A stretch of 64,000 nt of DNA from an uncultured archaeon (GTDB taxonomy: Archaea > Thermoplasmatota > Thermoplasmata > Thermoplasmatales > Thermoplasmataceae). Position numbers and translations under genes: made by a program. This document shows positions 1-8,307 of this stretch, in pieces. The notes under the pieces were generated by a model that ran no database searches, was not told the origin of the DNA, and worked only from the letters and a program-made list of their open reading frames with translations. Within the stretch, counting starts at the first letter, position 1, and the number at the start of each line of letters is the position of its first letter. The stretch is from positions 2,112,001-2,176,000 of the forward strand of contig CP009479.1 of NCBI GenBank assembly GCA_000965745.1, given 5' to 3'.

Positions 1-178
1 CCCGCAGGGCCGGGAATGAGAACAGATCAGGCCGGTCCGGGTTGAATTCAACCTTCAGCTCGTTGCCGTCTTCCTCTATAGTGTAACCGATAACCTCTGA
101 AAACTCAGTGAGGTTTTTGATGAAACTTTTTCCATAATTCTTTACCAGAGAGGATTTTGTGTCCTTTATGACTACCAT
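1..178 (-). CDS. pheT: Phenylalanine-tRNA ligase beta subunit, N-terminal part (runs off window edge)
   Basis: Manual translation from ATG at 178: MVVIKDTKSSLVKNYGKSFIKNLTEFSEVIGYTIEEDGNELKVEFNPDRPDLFSFPALR; KVEFNPDRPDLFS matches the archaeal PheT NRPDLLS motif. Confidence 0.75.
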   Translation of the reverse strand, partial: MVVIKDTKSSLVKNYGKSFIKNLTEFSEVIGYTIEEDGNELKVEFNPDRPDLFSFPALR

Positions 179-204
179 GATCTGAAGTCAATGAGATTAG
201 CTGT

Positions 205-534
205 TTATTTAATGTTTTCCTGCTTTGAGATCTCATCAATCTCATCGTTAAGCCTCTTCAGGGTGTAATCTCTTAAAACTATGCGGATAAGATCGTCGAG
301 TGAGATTGCAGATCCGCTTTCAACATCCTTTTCAAGATCACTGAGGATCTTCTGTGGGATCATTACGTTCACCTTGCTTGCCTTCCCACCTTTGTAGTTC
401 CTTTCAATGAACTCGTCGATTGATTTTCGGATAATCTCAGAAATGTTCTCGAACTGCATTGACTCTACGAGTTGCTCAAGCTTCTCCATGGTCTCTTCTG
501 AGATTCTTACGGTAACCCTGTAAGGAACTGACAT
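205..534 (-). CDS. Tandem ribbon-helix-helix (CopG/Arc/MetJ) transcriptional regulator, first repeat CdrS-like
   Basis: Two RHH-like repeats: YRVTVRISEETMEKLEQLVE..SEIIRKSI and KVNVMIPQKILSDLEKDVE..DDLIRIVL. Confidence 0.8.
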   Translation of the reverse strand: MSVPYRVTVRISEETMEKLEQLVESMQFENISEIIRKSIDEFIERNYKGGKASKVNVMIPQKILSDLEKDVESGSAISLDDLIRIVLRDYTLKRLNDEIDEISKQENIK

Positions 535-604
535 TTTCCTGAACCCTCAAATAATTCCCGATTCCTATTATTACAGTAATGTTTCAGAGAACGGGACTTA
601 ACCT

Positions 605-634
605 TGTCTGACACAGTTGTAATTTACATATAAA
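605..634 (-). promoter_or_regulatory. Promoter of RHH gene: TATA box (634-629) and TGTCAGACA palindrome near the expected start site
   Basis: Minus strand reads AAAAAGG-TTTATATG...TGTCAGACA; palindrome TGTCTGACA at 605-613. Confidence 0.55.
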
Positions 635-733
635 CCTTTTTGAGTTGCCTGCAAAGTTACGTCATCCGGCCGGAGATATTGAAAGGCATTTATTTTGGAA
701 TTTAATAAATACAGCCATTCAATGCTATAGCCA

Positions 734-1249
734 ATGGTCATTGAAATTGGGAAGAAAGTCTACCTGGCCGAAACGGCTGTCCTGATCGGAGAAGTGAAAT
801 TGTCCGACGGTGTATCTGTTTTTGACCACTCAGTGCTGAGAGGAGATCTGAATCATATCTCGATAGGAACTGATTCAAACATACAGGACAATGTTACGAT
901 TCATGTGGAGAAAGACCATCCTACCGTGATTGGAAGGAATGTTTCTGTCGGGCATAATGCGATAATTCATGGGGCCAAGGTTGAAGAGAGTGTGATTGTG
1001 GGCATGGGTGCCATACTCCTCAATGGCTCCCACATAAGGAGCGGATCAGTAGTGGCAGCAGGGGCGGTTGTCAGAGAAGGTTTCGAGAGTGAGGAAAATT
1101 CAATCGTGGCAGGGATACCGGCAACAACAAAAAAAGTGGATGAGTCCGTCAGAAAGTACGCAGTGAAGAATGGCGAGTCCTATCAGAAATTAAGAGATCG
1201 GTACCTGGCCGGAAAAGTGGAGAAACGATATGGAAAGGGCGAACAATAG
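734..1249 (+). CDS. Gamma-class carbonic anhydrase family (hexapeptide repeat) protein
   Basis: LRGD, NIQDN, IH, GHNAIIHG motifs; left-handed beta-helix repeats. Confidence 0.9.
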   Translation: MVIEIGKKVYLAETAVLIGEVKLSDGVSVFDHSVLRGDLNHISIGTDSNIQDNVTIHVEKDHPTVIGRNVSVGHNAIIHGAKVEESVIVGMGAILLNGSHIRSGSVVAAGAVVREGFESEENSIVAGIPATTKKVDESVRKYAVKNGESYQKLRDRYLAGKVEKRYGKGEQ

Positions 1250-1340
1250 GCAAAAAGAGTGGTGCCCTAGAAACCGGCTTTTCAGCGCCTCTGTGGAACA
1301 TACCTACACAAGAGCATGCTGAAGGACAGGCAGGAGCCAC

Positions 1341-1397
1341 TACATAATTCTATACAGTATTATAAATTAAAAATTATACAAAAAATGGATATAAATA
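1341..1397 (+). promoter_or_regulatory. Archaellum operon promoter with candidate EarA box (TACATA) and TATA boxes
   Basis: TACATA 1341-1346, TTATAAA 1360-1366, TATAAATA 1390-1397; SD GAGGTG just before TTG at 1429. Confidence 0.5.
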
Positions 1398-1428
1398 ACC
1401 AGACGCTTCGACAACCTGAGGTGTCTAA

Positions 1429-2166
1429 TTGAATAGAGCCGTAATGAAAAGAGCTAAAAAGCTCGGGAAATTGTTCAGCCTGAAGGTGGACAGCAGAGGA
1501 GATACAGGAATCGGTACCCTCATTGTTTTCATAGCAATGGTACTGGTTGCTGCAGTCGCTTCAACTGTCCTTATTCACACGGCTGGAACACTACAGCAGA
1601 GAGCATCGAGTACAGGTCAGCAGACAACGCAGCAGGTATCAACCGGTCTGTCGGTGTCTTCGATCTATGGGATCAACAACGAAACCGCCGCGTTTACAGC
1701 AGGTAGCATAAAGTGGGTAGCCATATACATTGGAGAAACATCCGGAAGTCAGCCGGTCAACCTCGGTAACGTCACACTCCAGCTGACATACAAGGGCCAG
1801 ACTGCATCACTTACCTACATTGGCAACAATAGCACAGTTGCCGGGTACCACAGTGCTGCACAGGGAACAAACAATGTTTTCCAGAGCAAATACTTCAGTG
1901 CACTGGATAACAATTCAGCCGGAGCAAGTGATCACTTTGCAGTCCTGACGATAGCAGACCCAACATCATCCCTGTCGGGAACATACCCAGTGGTATCATA
2001 CGGTGACCAGGTAGCGCTGCTAGTCAACGTAACAGCAGTATTTGGCGCAGGTATATCACAGGGACAAAGTGTAACTGGTTCAGTCACGCCACCGAGCGGT
2101 AACCCGGGAGTCATACAGTTCACTGCACCGGAGTCTTTCACACAGGCAATAGTACAGCTGCAATAA
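1429..2166 (+). CDS. arlB: Archaellin
   Basis: Class III signal peptide ..KVDSRG/DTGIGTLIVFIAMVLVAAVA; archaellin C-terminus; several N-glycosylation sequons. Confidence 0.97.
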   Translation: MNRAVMKRAKKLGKLFSLKVDSRGDTGIGTLIVFIAMVLVAAVASTVLIHTAGTLQQRASSTGQQTTQQVSTGLSVSSIYGINNETAAFTAGSIKWVAIYIGETSGSQPVNLGNVTLQLTYKGQTASLTYIGNNSTVAGYHSAAQGTNNVFQSKYFSALDNNSAGASDHFAVLTIADPTSSLSGTYPVVSYGDQVALLVNVTAVFGAGISQGQSVTGSVTPPSGNPGVIQFTAPESFTQAIVQLQ

Positions 2167-2191
2167 GCTGTATTATTCCCCTATTTAATCA

Positions 2192-2677
2192 GTGAGTACA
2201 ATGGGTCTCTTTGACAAATTGATTGGAAGAAGGAAAAAAGAGGCCACAGCAAACGTACAGAATCCTATTCAGCAACAGCCAGCGAACGTCAGTCCACCTC
2301 CACAACCGCAAGTTGACACGAAGATAATAGAAGGGATAAATCAGCGGTTGACTTCGATCGAGAATGAAGTCAACAGGCTGAATATGTCCTTTGAAGCATC
2401 TAGAAGAAGCGTATCTGAGGTAAAAGAAGACGTAGAAGGTCTAAAGGAGAATGTAAAAATGGTAGTTTCACTATATGAAATGGTCTCGAAAGAGTTCAAT
2501 CCGTTCATAGATCAGACTCCAGAAGAGATCAAGGATCTCACAGACTCACTTAGGGAAAACGTTGAAGACCTCAGAAGCCTTGTCAACTCAGCAATCAAGG
2601 ATCTCAAGGAGTTGTATGGAGCACCAGACATGGATTCAATACTAGACGAAATGGATCAGGAGGAATCAAATGATTAA
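2192..2677 (+). CDS. arlC: Archaellum accessory protein ArlC (FlaC)
   Basis: Coiled coil plus LYEMVSKEFNPF motif; directly after archaellin. Confidence 0.85.
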   Translation: MSTMGLFDKLIGRRKKEATANVQNPIQQQPANVSPPPQPQVDTKIIEGINQRLTSIENEVNRLNMSFEASRRSVSEVKEDVEGLKENVKMVVSLYEMVSKEFNPFIDQTPEEIKDLTDSLRENVEDLRSLVNSAIKDLKELYGAPDMDSILDEMDQEESND

Positions 2678-3371
2678 CGATTCCCTTAAGGGATTTCTAC
2701 AGACAAAAGTGGATTCTATCGACAAGTCCATACCTAAATTCGTTGTGGAAGAACTGAGACAGAAAATACTCAACTCACCGACTAAGTTCTCAAAAACAGA
2801 TATTGAGAATCTTTTCAACAACCTTCAGAAAAAATACATGGAGGGCAGAGAAAATTCGCTCCTGGGTAAAGTCGACCAGATATTTCGTGAAATATCCAAT
2901 GTCGAAAGCATGCTGTCAAGCGGAGGGGGGAAACGCCCGAAGCCCTCGGCATTCGACTCAGAAGATGAACTATCCGAACCCACAGCAGAAAAACCTAGGT
3001 CTTACAAGAAAAGATACAAGCTCGAAGCAGTCGGAGATGATGTAGTGTCATTGATGGTTGCCTTGAGATGGCTGGAATTTCTGCTAGACAACTATGGTGC
3101 AGAGAATACTCTTGACATACTCGACTACTACGAAAGTCTCGGATGGATATCGCCCAATGCAAAAGAACAGATGTTCAAGTTTACAAAGATTACGGGCATA
3201 ATGGCTCCTGCACAGGAGTACAAGATTAAGCCGACAATACAGGACCACATAGTTACGATGCTTTTCATTGAAAAGCTGAACGGTGGAGAGATATCCAGGG
3301 ACCTGATAGAGAGGCTTGAAAGAGATTTCAGACTTCTCAAAAAAGGAGTAGACGAACTGTATGGGATTTAG
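2670..3371 (+). CDS. arlD: Archaellum accessory protein ArlD/E (FlaD/E)
   Basis: WLEFL..LDYYESLGWIS..DHIVTMLFIEKL C-terminal FlaD/E domain. Confidence 0.88.
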   Translation: MINDSLKGFLQTKVDSIDKSIPKFVVEELRQKILNSPTKFSKTDIENLFNNLQKKYMEGRENSLLGKVDQIFREISNVESMLSSGGGKRPKPSAFDSEDELSEPTAEKPRSYKKRYKLEAVGDDVVSLMVALRWLEFLLDNYGAENTLDILDYYESLGWISPNAKEQMFKFTKITGIMAPAQEYKIKPTIQDHIVTMLFIEKLNGGEISRDLIERLERDFRLLKKGVDELYGI

Positions 3372-3795
3372 TTACGTTGCAGCTGCGGCAATTTTGCTCA
3401 GTTCAACCCTTATTTTTTTTGGAATGGTATATTCCGGTTTCGTTCAATCGAATCTCGAAATTCACAATTCAGGGGTTCAGTATGACCACCAGAGATACGA
3501 TTATCTCAATTCAAACGTAAACATCACAGGATATAATGTGGTGAATGAAAGCACTGCAAATGCCAGTGCGTATAAGGTATATATAAATATGACAAACACA
3601 GGCAGTGTTACGCTCAATATGAACTCGACAGACATCCTGGTAAACGGGATAATGACCGGGTTCAATTCATCGGCCGAGTACCTGTTCCCGCTGGGAAAGG
3701 GAAACGTCTCATTCAATGTAAATTCAACTTCAACTTATGATGTTGAAATAGTGTTCAGCACAGGATATGAAAAATATGCGAAGGTGACAGCCTAA
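3361..3795 (+). CDS. arlF: Archaellum stator protein ArlF
   Basis: MGFS N-terminal TM helix, NTGS motif, operon position. Confidence 0.85.
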   Translation: MGFSYVAAAAILLSSTLIFFGMVYSGFVQSNLEIHNSGVQYDHQRYDYLNSNVNITGYNVVNESTANASAYKVYINMTNTGSVTLNMNSTDILVNGIMTGFNSSAEYLFPLGKGNVSFNVNSTSTYDVEIVFSTGYEKYAKVTA

Positions 3796-4244
3796 TGGGA
3801 TCTTTAGCAACATCGGAACTGATATTCTTCATAGCAACTCTTGTGATTAGCGCATCCGTAGTGGGAGTTCTCGGGGGCCAGACTCTCCATATTACCCAGA
3901 GCATAAGCCAGTCTTCAAAGACTGTGTCTTCAACGATAGATTCGGGGTTTGAGATCATAAATGACCCGTCCAGCATACCCTACAACAGCGGATATGTGTT
4001 CTACATAAAGAACACCGGAAGCGAGAGCTTCTATTTCACGAATAATACTATTTCCACCGTGATCAACGGAACCCTGCTTTCGGGCAGCAAAGTGGAATAC
4101 CAGGACCTTGGAGGAAACGGCATGCTGATGCCCGGCCAGGTCGGGACAATAACCGCGAACCTGACCCTCAGTCCGGGGTATTACACACTCGATGTTACGC
4201 TGAGCAACGGGCTGGGCCATAGCATGGTGTTCCGGGTGAATTGA
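3795..4244 (+). CDS. arlG: Archaellum stator protein ArlG
   Basis: SELIFFIA N-terminus, IINDP, YIKNTG, PGQV motifs. Confidence 0.88.
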   Translation: MGSLATSELIFFIATLVISASVVGVLGGQTLHITQSISQSSKTVSSTIDSGFEIINDPSSIPYNSGYVFYIKNTGSESFYFTNNTISTVINGTLLSGSKVEYQDLGGNGMLMPGQVGTITANLTLSPGYYTLDVTLSNGLGHSMVFRVN

Positions 4245-4253
4245 GGATCGGCT

Positions 4254-4925
4254 ATGTATCTGGATTACGGAATTGAAGGTGACGAACTTGACAAGAGAAT
4301 GGGCGGCGGGCTATACGTCGGCCAGGTCATGTCAATAATGGGTGAGAGCGGCGAAGGCAAGAGCATGCTTTCCCTGCGTCTAGCCTACGGCCTGATCCAG
4401 AATGGTGCCAGCATATGCTACATTTCATCCCAGTTTCCAGTCAGGGAATTCATATCAGAATCAGAGTCGCTCGGCTATCCGCTGCTTAACGACATACTGT
4501 CTGACCAGATGTCACTGATAACGAGCGTGTTCCTGCTCAGAAGAAGCAGGAAGGCAACGATCGATCAGCTTCTTGAGAATGAGAAGGTGAAGCAGAAACA
4601 GGTACTGATAATCGATTCGCTCCTTCCGATAATGTTCACCGACTTCGACGTGGACTATTTTCTCACGAGGCTGAGAAAATTCTCCGAGGGAAGGATAGTG
4701 ATAATAACGTTAAACCCGACAGATTTCGACCCCAAGATGCTGCTCAAGATACAGCAGCTGTCAACCACTGTCATATCATTGAAGTCAAAGGAGCTGGCAG
4801 GGGAGCGCAAGAGAGTGATTGAGCTGACAAAATTCCCGATGGCCATGAAAGCTTTCCAGCAGTCAATATCGTACAGGATTGAGCCTGGAAGGGGCCTGAT
4901 AGTGGAGATCTCAAGTGTATCATAA
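4254..4925 (+). CDS. arlH: KaiC-like archaellum ATP-binding protein ArlH
   Basis: ELDKRMGGG, Walker A GESGEGKS, IIDSL, C-terminal RIEPGRGLIVEISSV. Confidence 0.92.
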   Translation: MYLDYGIEGDELDKRMGGGLYVGQVMSIMGESGEGKSMLSLRLAYGLIQNGASICYISSQFPVREFISESESLGYPLLNDILSDQMSLITSVFLLRRSRKATIDQLLENEKVKQKQVLIIDSLLPIMFTDFDVDYFLTRLRKFSEGRIVIITLNPTDFDPKMLLKIQQLSTTVISLKSKELAGERKRVIELTKFPMAMKAFQQSISYRIEPGRGLIVEISSVS

Positions 4926-4940
4926 GGAGGAAAGAAACCA

Positions 4941-6563
4941 ATGGTTGAAATAATAAAATCAGACAGCCTTGAAATGGCATTAAGCAGGAATCCGCACCTG
5001 AACGCATACATCGAAAACTACAGGAATGCCACGGGCAGGACTCCTGAATTCGTTTCAGTAGCGGACAACTCGATTAGGGACATGTCATCCATAGATGTCA
5101 TCTATCCTGTGGGCGACCCCATTTTCATTCACATACACCTTAACGACGAGGGGGCGAAACTGTACACGCCAATTGAGCCGAAGCTCACGTTTGATGAAGT
5201 AATAGTAATGGAGGAAATTCTCAACATGCTCCTGGCCTTTGCAACTGATTATCCGGCCCCTGATAACGAGGAGGTGCTTGAGCAGAATCTCGAAGAGCTT
5301 TTCTTCAAGAGGGTGACAGTGGGAGTGGCAAACAAGGTGAGAGGGACCTCCGCAACTGTGCTTCCAGAACTTTACGACAAGCTTCTTTACAACCTGAAGA
5401 AAGAAGTCATCGGGCTTGGGCCACTTGAGCCGCTTATAAGGGATCCGAATATAGAGGATATCAGCGGGATTGGCGCCAAGGATGTGTACATAGTCCATAA
5501 AATACTTGATTCCATGCAGACAGAGGTAACTTTTGGGGACAACGACAGGCTTTCGCTCTATGCTAAGAGGCTGAGCGAAAGGGTAGGGAGGCCTGTCAGT
5601 GACAAAAACCCGATCGTGGACGCCACACTTCCTGACGGTTCCAGGCTTTCGATTGTCTATAGCAGTGACGTGTCTGCCAGGGGCCCCAGCTTCACCATTA
5701 GGAAATTCCAGGACATACCGATTAGTATAGTACAGCTGATAAAGTTCAACACCATGTCCGCAGAAGAGGGGGCTTATCTCTGGCTGGCACTTGAATATGG
5801 CCAGAGTGTGTTTGTCTGCGGCGAGACTGCAAGTGGCAAGACCACGGTGGTAAACGCCATGATTCCGTTCATAAGGCCTGAGTCCAAGATATTCAGTGCC
5901 GAGGACACGCCTGAGGTCAGGGCACCGCATCCTGCCTGGCAACAGCTGGTTACAAGGGAAAGAGGTGCGGAGGACAGCAGGGTCACCCTGTTTGATCTTC
6001 TCAAGACTGCATTAAGGTCAAGGCCCAATTACATTATCGTGGGTGAAATAAGAGGTGCCGAGGGTTCCATGGCTTTCCAGGCCATGCAGACAGGACATCC
6101 GGTAATAGCCACTTTCCACGCAGCATCAGTCAAGAAGATGATCCAGAGGTTTACCGGGGTTCCGATCAACATCCCAGTGACGTTCATGGATAATCTCAAC
6201 ATAGCACTGATACAGCAGGCGGTTTACGTCAACGGCAAGTTCCTGAGGAGAACAACCAGCATTAACGAGATAGAGGGCTACTACGAGGAGCTTGGCGGAG
6301 TCTCCACAAAACAGGTTTTCCAGTGGGACCCGACAACTGACAGGCACATATTCAGGGGAATGAACAACAGCTACATCCTTGAGAAAAGAATCGGGCAGAC
6401 TGCCGGCCTTCCCGATCCGAAGATGATTTATGATGAGCTGTTCAAGAGAGCAAGGATCCTCAAATACATGGTTACCCAGAACATCAACTCATACTATGAT
6501 GTGTTCAAACTCGTAAAGACGTTCTACACCAAGGGGGACATAGGCGTACCAATATTCGGATGA
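4941..6563 (+). CDS. arlI: Archaellum motor ATPase ArlI
   Basis: GETASGKTT Walker A, EDTPE, LRSRPNYIIVGEIRG, TGH..ATFHA. Confidence 0.96.
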   Translation: MVEIIKSDSLEMALSRNPHLNAYIENYRNATGRTPEFVSVADNSIRDMSSIDVIYPVGDPIFIHIHLNDEGAKLYTPIEPKLTFDEVIVMEEILNMLLAFATDYPAPDNEEVLEQNLEELFFKRVTVGVANKVRGTSATVLPELYDKLLYNLKKEVIGLGPLEPLIRDPNIEDISGIGAKDVYIVHKILDSMQTEVTFGDNDRLSLYAKRLSERVGRPVSDKNPIVDATLPDGSRLSIVYSSDVSARGPSFTIRKFQDIPISIVQLIKFNTMSAEEGAYLWLALEYGQSVFVCGETASGKTTVVNAMIPFIRPESKIFSAEDTPEVRAPHPAWQQLVTRERGAEDSRVTLFDLLKTALRSRPNYIIVGEIRGAEGSMAFQAMQTGHPVIATFHAASVKKMIQRFTGVPINIPVTFMDNLNIALIQQAVYVNGKFLRRTTSINEIEGYYEELGGVSTKQVFQWDPTTDRHIFRGMNNSYILEKRIGQTAGLPDPKMIYDELFKRARILKYMVTQNINSYYDVFKLVKTFYTKGDIGVPIFG

Positions 6564-6567
6564 TAAT

Positions 6568-8238
6568 ATGGCAGACAATAATTATGGAGGAGCTAAGAGG
6601 ACAGGCCCGTTTACGGGGATAGAATTCAGGAGCAGGCAGGTGACCCTCATACTAGGGTCAGCCGGAGCAACAGGGTTTCTCCTGATGACCTATGAGTATA
6701 CAGGAATACTTTACCTTCTCGTGGGAGCTGCAATGGCAGGTCTAGTCCTGTTCGGGATACTCCTCAAGCCGGTCATTGAAAGAGATACGAAGAAGAACGA
6801 CATAAACTCGAATATACCATTTTTTGTGACAGCCTTTGCAACCCTCGCCACAAGCGATTCGAACAGGATTACGCAGCTGGATATACTGTCGAAGAAAGAC
6901 AAGCTGGGGCTGATCCGGGAAGATCTCGGGAAGATCGTGAACCTTGTCCGGAACTGGAAGAGGGGTCTGTCCGAGGCTTCCATGCTTCTTGCTGAGAAGA
7001 CCCCTAGCGATGTTTTCGCAGACTTTCTTTCAAGGTTTGCACACGCTATCGACAGCGGGCAGGACTTTGACGACTTTGTCAAGACTGAGGCAAACACCGT
7101 CATGAGCAATTTTGAGACCGCATACCAGTCAGCCCTCTACACGTTTGAGCTTTACAAGGACCTCTACGTTTCAATGCTACTGGCCTTTGCATTCCTGATC
7201 ACATTTGTCATGATAATGCCCGTGCTGATTCCAATAAATGTCATAACAGTCCTCGTGCTGAGCCTGATGGTAGTTGCCCTTGGGGAAACTATGCTTGTAT
7301 ACGGGATCAAGATAGTTCTGCCCAACGACCCTGTATGGCACGACACTGGAATAAAATCGGAAGTGCAGCTCAAACTGGAGAGGATATACAAATTTGCACT
7401 GATTGGATCCGGAGGAATAGGTGCGGGACTATATCTCTCAGGAGTTCTCTCGGTTCTTCCGGTTTATTTCATCATACCCATCGTCATGACCCCGCTGGCT
7501 TATCCGAGCTATCTCGGCTCCAAATATGAAAGGAAAGTTGCGAAGAACGACGATATGTTCGGAAGCTTCATAAGATCGCTTTCGGGGTCTGCATCGGCAA
7601 GGGGGAATCTTGTGATCGATGCCCTGAAAGCAATAGTCCTCCATGACTTCGGCGTACTCACCAAGGATGTGAGGAACCTTTACAAGAGACTGAAGTACAG
7701 GGTAAACAGCATAACCGCGTGGAAGTATTTCAGCGCAGACACTGGATCGCACCTTATAGAGGTCTTCTCAGGAACATTCGTGGAGAGCATTGATCTTGGT
7801 GCGGATGCAGAAATGGCCGGAGACATTGTTGCAAGAAACTTTGACCGTGTCGTGAGAATGAGAAGAAGAAGGCATGCTGCGGCACAGAGCTACATAGGAG
7901 TGCTGTATGGAATCACCGGCGGCCTTGCATTTGCCCTGGGGATATCATTCGGAGTGCTCAAGATCATAAACCAGATATTCACAACTTTCAGCACCTCGAC
8001 ACTCACCAACTTCGGCATCTTCGTGGGGCAGCCTGCAAACTCGATACTGCTGATACAGATATTCATATCGCTCATCCTCTACGTGCACTCCATAATAGCC
8101 GGCCTCGCACTCAAGATTGCAGATGGCGGGAAGATGATATTCGGAGTCCATCACGCAGTTATGATGAGCTGGATTGTAGCAGTTGTTATATACGGAACGC
8201 TTCAGATCACGGGCGCAATACTCGCAGGGGCCCTCTGA
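6568..8238 (+). CDS. arlJ: Archaellum membrane platform protein ArlJ
   Basis: Polytopic T2SS-F-like protein following arlI; FADFLSRFAHAIDSG motif. Confidence 0.93.
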   Translation: MADNNYGGAKRTGPFTGIEFRSRQVTLILGSAGATGFLLMTYEYTGILYLLVGAAMAGLVLFGILLKPVIERDTKKNDINSNIPFFVTAFATLATSDSNRITQLDILSKKDKLGLIREDLGKIVNLVRNWKRGLSEASMLLAEKTPSDVFADFLSRFAHAIDSGQDFDDFVKTEANTVMSNFETAYQSALYTFELYKDLYVSMLLAFAFLITFVMIMPVLIPINVITVLVLSLMVVALGETMLVYGIKIVLPNDPVWHDTGIKSEVQLKLERIYKFALIGSGGIGAGLYLSGVLSVLPVYFIIPIVMTPLAYPSYLGSKYERKVAKNDDMFGSFIRSLSGSASARGNLVIDALKAIVLHDFGVLTKDVRNLYKRLKYRVNSITAWKYFSADTGSHLIEVFSGTFVESIDLGADAEMAGDIVARNFDRVVRMRRRRHAAAQSYIGVLYGITGGLAFALGISFGVLKIINQIFTTFSTSTLTNFGIFVGQPANSILLIQIFISLILYVHSIIAGLALKIADGGKMIFGVHHAVMMSWIVAVVIYGTLQITGAILAGAL

Positions 8239-8307
8239 TTGCAGTAGTTTCACCTAGCTACAGGGAGCCACAGTAAGAATAAAATAGCTTCAAGAAACTA
8301 CAGTAGG

